Shown here: positions 59,548 through 64,000 of the stretch, piece by piece
How the letters are laid out: every line of letters starts with the position of its first letter
Position numbering within the stretch: position 1 is the stretch's first letter
Assembly (NCBI GenBank): GCA_019057815.1
Contig: JAHLWR010000010.1
Location: forward strand, 64,001-128,000
Direction: 5' to 3'
Length of the DNA: 64,000 nucleotides
Origin: Candidatus Heimdallarchaeota archaeon
Lineage (GTDB): Archaea > Asgardarchaeota > Heimdallarchaeia > Heimdallarchaeales > Heimdallarchaeaceae
The notes under the pieces: generated by a model
The model's database searches: none
Told to the model about the DNA's origin: nothing
The model's input: only the letters and a program-made list of their open reading frames with translations
Program-made: the position numbers and the translations under genes

Positions 59548-61623
59548 TTGGGCTACTTGATAGAGCTATCAAAATATAGTATGTTTCTCACTGAGAAGGA
59601 AAAAAAATTTCTAGAAGGGTTATTGGATTTTAGATTATATAAAACACTACACGAATTTTTTGTTGACATTATTGATAATTGGTCAGTAATTCTGTCTTCT
59701 GAACTTCTTCCAGTTCATCAAGCGATTGTATCATATGTTTTAATGATATATTTCCATTACCCAAAATTAGAAGAATTATATACTAAATATCCAACAATTG
59801 AGGTTGCTTCAAATTTTATACCTGTTTTAACAAGGCAGGGTCAAAAAGAGAAAATTATGAATATTATAAGTAGTTTTTCAGAGGAAAGTATTAATGAAGC
59901 TTTAATTATTTCACAAATTGATTTTGTTATTGGAAAAAGTTACTTTCATGTCCATTATCATGAATTCACTGAAGCTAAAGAGCTAATAAGTTTAGCAGAA
60001 AGAAAAATTGATGAGACTTTAGGAAAAGAACAATTTCAGATAGCTTACTATCAACAAAAAGCTTTAGTTAAAAACACTCTAGTTTTCCTTTTTGATAGAA
60101 AGAAAAATCATCACCAAGCTATAACTGAATGTATACTAGGAATAAAGCTTTTAGAAGAAAATAAAATTAATAACAGTTACCTTCTAGGAATATTATACAA
60201 TTCTTATGGAAACTCTTTAAACATCTTTGGAGACCCATTAGCGAGAGAAAAGTTTGAAATTGCGTTAAAACATTTCACAAAGAATAATATCAAACGAGGT
60301 ATGGCTGTTTGTCAAGGTAATATTGCGTCTTTAATGATAAAAGAGGGGAGATTTGAGAAATCTCTGGAACATTGCTTTGAATTTATTGAAACAATGGAAA
60401 AGTTTCAAGATCAAAGAAATATTCTAGTTACTTATAATTTCATATATTCGTCCTTAAAGTCATTAGGAAGAATGGAAGAGGCGGAGAAATATCTAAAAAA
60501 AGCATTCGAACACATGGATAAATATAAGCTTGAAAATGATGAGATATATCTTGATGCTTCAGAATTTTATGCGCTCATTGGAAACTTTAAGCTTGCAGAA
60601 AAAAACTTAGATAGATATTATGAGTTATTAAAAGTGGATGAAAAAGAAACTATGAGAAGAGCGACTTGGTTGATGCATAAAGGATTCATTGAGTTAAAGA
60701 AAAAAAATATCTATAAATCTGAACAGGAATTGAGAGAAGGGATAAAAATAGCTAAAAAACAACATTATTCTTCCTTAGTCCTTCAAGGTTTAATCTATAC
60801 AATTGAACTTCTAATTACTAAATACAGAATGGAAGAAAATCAGCAAATAAAACAAAAAATCATTGATGAAATAGAATTACATAGTCAAGAGAGTGTGATA
60901 CTATTAAGAGAGCATAAATCCATTTTCCAGCTGGTGAATTATGAAATTTTATTAGCAACTGTTTATATTTTAACATTAAAGCTAAATCTTGCTAGCGATA
61001 TTCTAAGAATAGCTCGCTCAATTTGTGAAAGATATGATTTACAGAAACAGTTAGAAGAAATTAAAGAAAAAGAAGTAATTGTAAGAAGTTTATTATCATT
61101 ATCAAAACAATCAGAAAGAGAGAATAAAATCCTTCAATCCCAATCTAAATTTGAAAATTCACTAGGATATCATTCTACAAGGGGGGTGAAAGAATCTACT
61201 TATATTTCAACCACAGATGAGAAACAAGATATTCTTTACTTATTAATCATACTTCCTTCTGGTCTTCCTTGCTATTCTTATAATTTCAAAAAGGAAAGAT
61301 TACATGATGACGAGCTTCTAATCGCTGGTTTAATCAATGCAATCCAAAAATTTAGCTCAGAAATATCAATAGAGAAAGGAGTATTTAGAATGCTGCAACA
61401 CTCAGATTACATAGTATTGCTTGAACCTAGAGAAACGTTTACAATTGCCTTATTTACAGAGAACTTCGCTTACAAAGTTAAAGAGAACATCATTCTTTTA
61501 GCAGATAAAGTTGAAGAAGATATTGATATTTTGGCAAAGAGAGGGTTTATAAAATCGGAAGAACTTTTGCCAATAACAACAAAACTAGATAAATTATTAA
61601 AAGAAATTTTCATTGAATCTTGA
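59548..61623 (+). CDS. TPR protein with C-terminal longin-like domain
   Basis: TPR helices; C-terminal LLII..SGLPCYSYNF......LIAGLINAIQKFSSEI pattern. Confidence 0.75.
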   Translation: MGYLIELSKYSMFLTEKEKKFLEGLLDFRLYKTLHEFFVDIIDNWSVILSSELLPVHQAIVSYVLMIYFHYPKLEELYTKYPTIEVASNFIPVLTRQGQKEKIMNIISSFSEESINEALIISQIDFVIGKSYFHVHYHEFTEAKELISLAERKIDETLGKEQFQIAYYQQKALVKNTLVFLFDRKKNHHQAITECILGIKLLEENKINNSYLLGILYNSYGNSLNIFGDPLAREKFEIALKHFTKNNIKRGMAVCQGNIASLMIKEGRFEKSLEHCFEFIETMEKFQDQRNILVTYNFIYSSLKSLGRMEEAEKYLKKAFEHMDKYKLENDEIYLDASEFYALIGNFKLAEKNLDRYYELLKVDEKETMRRATWLMHKGFIELKKKNIYKSEQELREGIKIAKKQHYSSLVLQGLIYTIELLITKYRMEENQQIKQKIIDEIELHSQESVILLREHKSIFQLVNYEILLATVYILTLKLNLASDILRIARSICERYDLQKQLEEIKEKEVIVRSLLSLSKQSERENKILQSQSKFENSLGYHSTRGVKESTYISTTDEKQDILYLLIILPSGLPCYSYNFKKERLHDDELLIAGLINAIQKFSSEISIEKGVFRMLQHSDYIVLLEPRETFTIALFTENFAYKVKENIILLADKVEEDIDILAKRGFIKSEELLPITTKLDKLLKEIFIES

Positions 61624-61739
61624 TCTTATTTGAGAACACACTCTTCTTAAACAGATGTATTTTCATTTACTAACAATAAATCTTAAAATAACTTATAACA
61701 TACAATATTTCCCTATAGTATGACGAAGAATTTGATAAG

Positions 61740-62393
61740 GTGATTAAGATTCTATTCGGCAAGAAAACAAGAAGTATGTATGATTTATTTGTTGAGAATT
61801 GTACACTAGTTGAAGAGGCTTTCCATCTCATGTCTGATGCTGTTCTAGCTTTTCTAGAACAAGATTTCGAGCAAGCTAAAACAAAGACAGAAGAAGCTAT
61901 TCTGGTGGAAAAGAAGCAAGATCGTTTACGGGAAGAAATAACTGAGCGTTTGTTTAGCAGAGAAACAATGGCTTTTTCACGGTCTGATAGACTTAAAATT
62001 ATTGAATCACTTGATAAGATTGTAGATAAAATAGAAATTGTAGTGAGAAAGTTAATCCAATTTCCCCACGATGTTCCTGATTCTTTGCAAGGGGGGATAA
62101 GAAACATTGCTGACAAAAGTAAAATTTTAGGTACTGAAGTCAAAGAATTGGTTGTTGGTGTTCTTGATGATTTCAAAAAGGGTAAAGAACACATCACAAA
62201 AATAACTGACATTCGCCGTGAAGTAAGAGAGATACATTGGAATCTACTTGAGAGCAATTTCAAGGAGAACTACAAAGATTTCTTAGTTTTCGACCATAAT
62301 CAAAATCTGATCAAAGACCTATGTAAAGCTGCTGACAGAGTTGAAGATTTCGCAGACCAAATCTATGGTTTAATCTGTAAATATGCTTTGTAG
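61740..62393 (+). CDS. DUF47/PhoU-like phosphate transport regulator
   Basis: EKKQDRLREEI...R.D.L..I..LD.I.D; ADRVED.AD; directly upstream of a PiT gene. Confidence 0.88.
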   Translation: MIKILFGKKTRSMYDLFVENCTLVEEAFHLMSDAVLAFLEQDFEQAKTKTEEAILVEKKQDRLREEITERLFSRETMAFSRSDRLKIIESLDKIVDKIEIVVRKLIQFPHDVPDSLQGGIRNIADKSKILGTEVKELVVGVLDDFKKGKEHITKITDIRREVREIHWNLLESNFKENYKDFLVFDHNQNLIKDLCKAADRVEDFADQIYGLICKYAL

Positions 62394-62427
62394 ATATCAG
62401 ATGAATAAATTACAGGATGGTACTTAG

Positions 62428-63435
62428 ATGGATGTTGTGGTCATTGTTCTCTTGATTTTGATGTTAGCTCTATCATTTGGTATAGGTGCTAATGACGAAA
62501 CAATGGCCACTTTAGTAGGAAGTAAGTCAATAAAAACAAAATACGCCTTAATTCTTGCTGGAACATTAGTTTTTGTTGGAGTATTCTTTTTATCAGAAAA
62601 CGTTGGAAGAACAATTGGAACAAACCTGCTAGGAGAGAATGTTGACTATAATGTATTCATGCTCCTTGCTATTGTTATTAGCACTACAATCTGGTTGATT
62701 GTAGCGTCTCGAACAGGTGCTCCAATCAGCACAACACATTCAATAGTAGGATCAGTTTTTGGTGTTGCTATAGTTTGGAGTATCAGTAATGGTGGAAGTT
62801 TTATAGATTCAATAAATTGGAGTAAAATGGGAGATGTGGCACTTGGATGGGTAATATCACCGATATTAGGGTTTCTAGGAGCTTATGGAGTTCAACTTAT
62901 AGTATCAAAGATAATGGCTTCACAACAGAAAGGTTTACGAAAACTCGAAAAAATGGAGAAATTCTTCATATATTTTCTTATCGTATCTGTCTGTTGGACC
63001 CAATTAAGCAGAGGGGGAAATGATTCTGCAAATGCTCTAGGGATCATGTATGGTTTGATTGAATCAGGAGATTTTTCCGCAGAAAATTCCACTTACCTTG
63101 TGCTTGCAGCTGGTGGAGTGCTAGCTTTTGGATTGGTTGTTGTAGGAAAAAACGTTATAAAAAACGTCGGAAAAAACCTTATCGAAATGCGACCTTCAGA
63201 TGCATTTAGTATTCAAATATCTACAAGTATTATTCTTTTCGTGGCAACATGGCTTGGTTTACCTGTTTCTGGAAGCCATATTCTTATTTTTGCAGTATTA
63301 GGAGCTGGGAGGGTGAAAGGACAAAGACCAGATAAAAAATCCTTCAGAAAGATGGTATTAAGTTGGGTAATCACTTTTCCTGTTGCTGCAGCTTTATCGG
63401 CCCTGTGTTATACTATTTTTGTTCTAGCTATTTGA
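62428..63435 (+). CDS. pit: Inorganic phosphate transporter, PiT family
   Basis: GAND and GGND..NA signature motifs; PISTTHSIVG; GLPVSGSH. Confidence 0.93.
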   Translation: MDVVVIVLLILMLALSFGIGANDETMATLVGSKSIKTKYALILAGTLVFVGVFFLSENVGRTIGTNLLGENVDYNVFMLLAIVISTTIWLIVASRTGAPISTTHSIVGSVFGVAIVWSISNGGSFIDSINWSKMGDVALGWVISPILGFLGAYGVQLIVSKIMASQQKGLRKLEKMEKFFIYFLIVSVCWTQLSRGGNDSANALGIMYGLIESGDFSAENSTYLVLAAGGVLAFGLVVVGKNVIKNVGKNLIEMRPSDAFSIQISTSIILFVATWLGLPVSGSHILIFAVLGAGRVKGQRPDKKSFRKMVLSWVITFPVAAALSALCYTIFVLAI

Positions 63436-63501
63436 GTTCCACACTGTTTGTTAAATTAATAAATGGAAAGTAATTTATATTTGCCTTATTAAGAATAATT
63501 T

Positions 63502-64000
63502 ATGTCAAAAAATCATATTCGTTTTTCAGGATCGTCTATGCTCCCTGATATTAACACTAAAAAGGACGTACGTATATCAGGATCGGGAAAACTTGATGGT
63601 ACTATCGAATGCAACTTCTTCAGAACCTCCGGATCTTTCAATGGAAAAGGAAGCATCAATGCACATGGAGGAATGAGAAGTTCAGGATCTTTCAAATTCG
63701 AAGGTCCCGTGCAGAGTGGTGATAAGGTTAGATTTAGTGGCAGCGCAAAATTGAAGGGAAATCTTACTGTTGGTGAAGAACTTAGGTGTTCTGGCTCTTT
63801 GAACGTAGATGGTTCAGTTAGTGCTAAAGATGATACTAGATTCAGCGGAAGTGCAAACATCACAGGTGATTTAATAGTTGACGATGATCTCAAAAGCTCT
63901 GGCTCTTTAAAAGTTGGTGGAGCAGTTACTATTGATGATGATGCAAAATTTAGTGGTAGTGCAAAAATTGAAGGAGATATTGACATAGGAGAATTTTTGC
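63502..64000 (+). CDS. Bactofilin-like (polymer-forming cytoskeletal) beta-helix protein, runs off the window end
   Basis: Own translation MSKNHIRFSGSS...VRISGSGKLDG...FSGSAKLKGNL..SGSLNVDGSV..FSGSANITGDL with regular SGS repeats; absent from the ORF track because it has no stop. Confidence 0.8.
   Translation, partial: MSKNHIRFSGSSMLPDINTKKDVRISGSGKLDGTIECNFFRTSGSFNGKGSINAHGGMRSSGSFKFEGPVQSGDKVRFSGSAKLKGNLTVGEELRCSGSLNVDGSVSAKDDTRFSGSANITGDLIVDDDLKSSGSLKVGGAVTIDDDAKFSGSAKIEGDIDIGEFL

Noticed and set aside
61670-62263. 197-aa minus-strand ORF and similar short overlapping ORFs (e.g. 47435-47809, 39944-40381, 57862-58254)
   Set aside because: Antisense to well-supported genes, with no motifs of their own.
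63513-63986. 157-aa minus-strand ORF
   Set aside because: Antisense to the bactofilin-like gene; its PE/PL periodicity mirrors the SGS repeats.
1-64000. tRNA or rRNA genes
   Set aside because: None recognised by eye; a tRNAscan-SE or Infernal run would be needed to exclude them.

Overview
AT-rich 64-kb window, most plausibly from an Asgard archaeon. This is inferred from eukaryote-like ubiquitin-fold, ESCRT-II-like, longin-like, PCI/WD40 and GOLD-like proteins and many C-terminal zinc-ribbon membrane proteins. The left 47 kb is an accessory region: two DNA methyltransferases plus a candidate nuclease, small metabolic enzymes, gene remnants, three diverged direct duplications bracketing unrelated genes, secreted proteins and a C25 peptidase split by an in-frame TGA. 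The main finding is a minus-strand cluster at 48.8-53.5 kb that looks like a prokaryotic UFMylation pathway: UBA5-like E1, JAMM/MPN+ protease, UFM1-like modifier ending in mature VG, UFC1-like E2, then a Vps22/Vps36 (ESCRT-II)-like winged-helix protein and an SPFH protein. Divergently encoded are a WD40-PCI protein and a Cdc48-N-domain-like zinc-ribbon protein. Three tnpB-only IS elements are present. For two of them the empty site can be reconstructed, and both sit at 3' ends of genes in this locus. All family assignments come from motif reading and recalled reference sequences; no searches were run.
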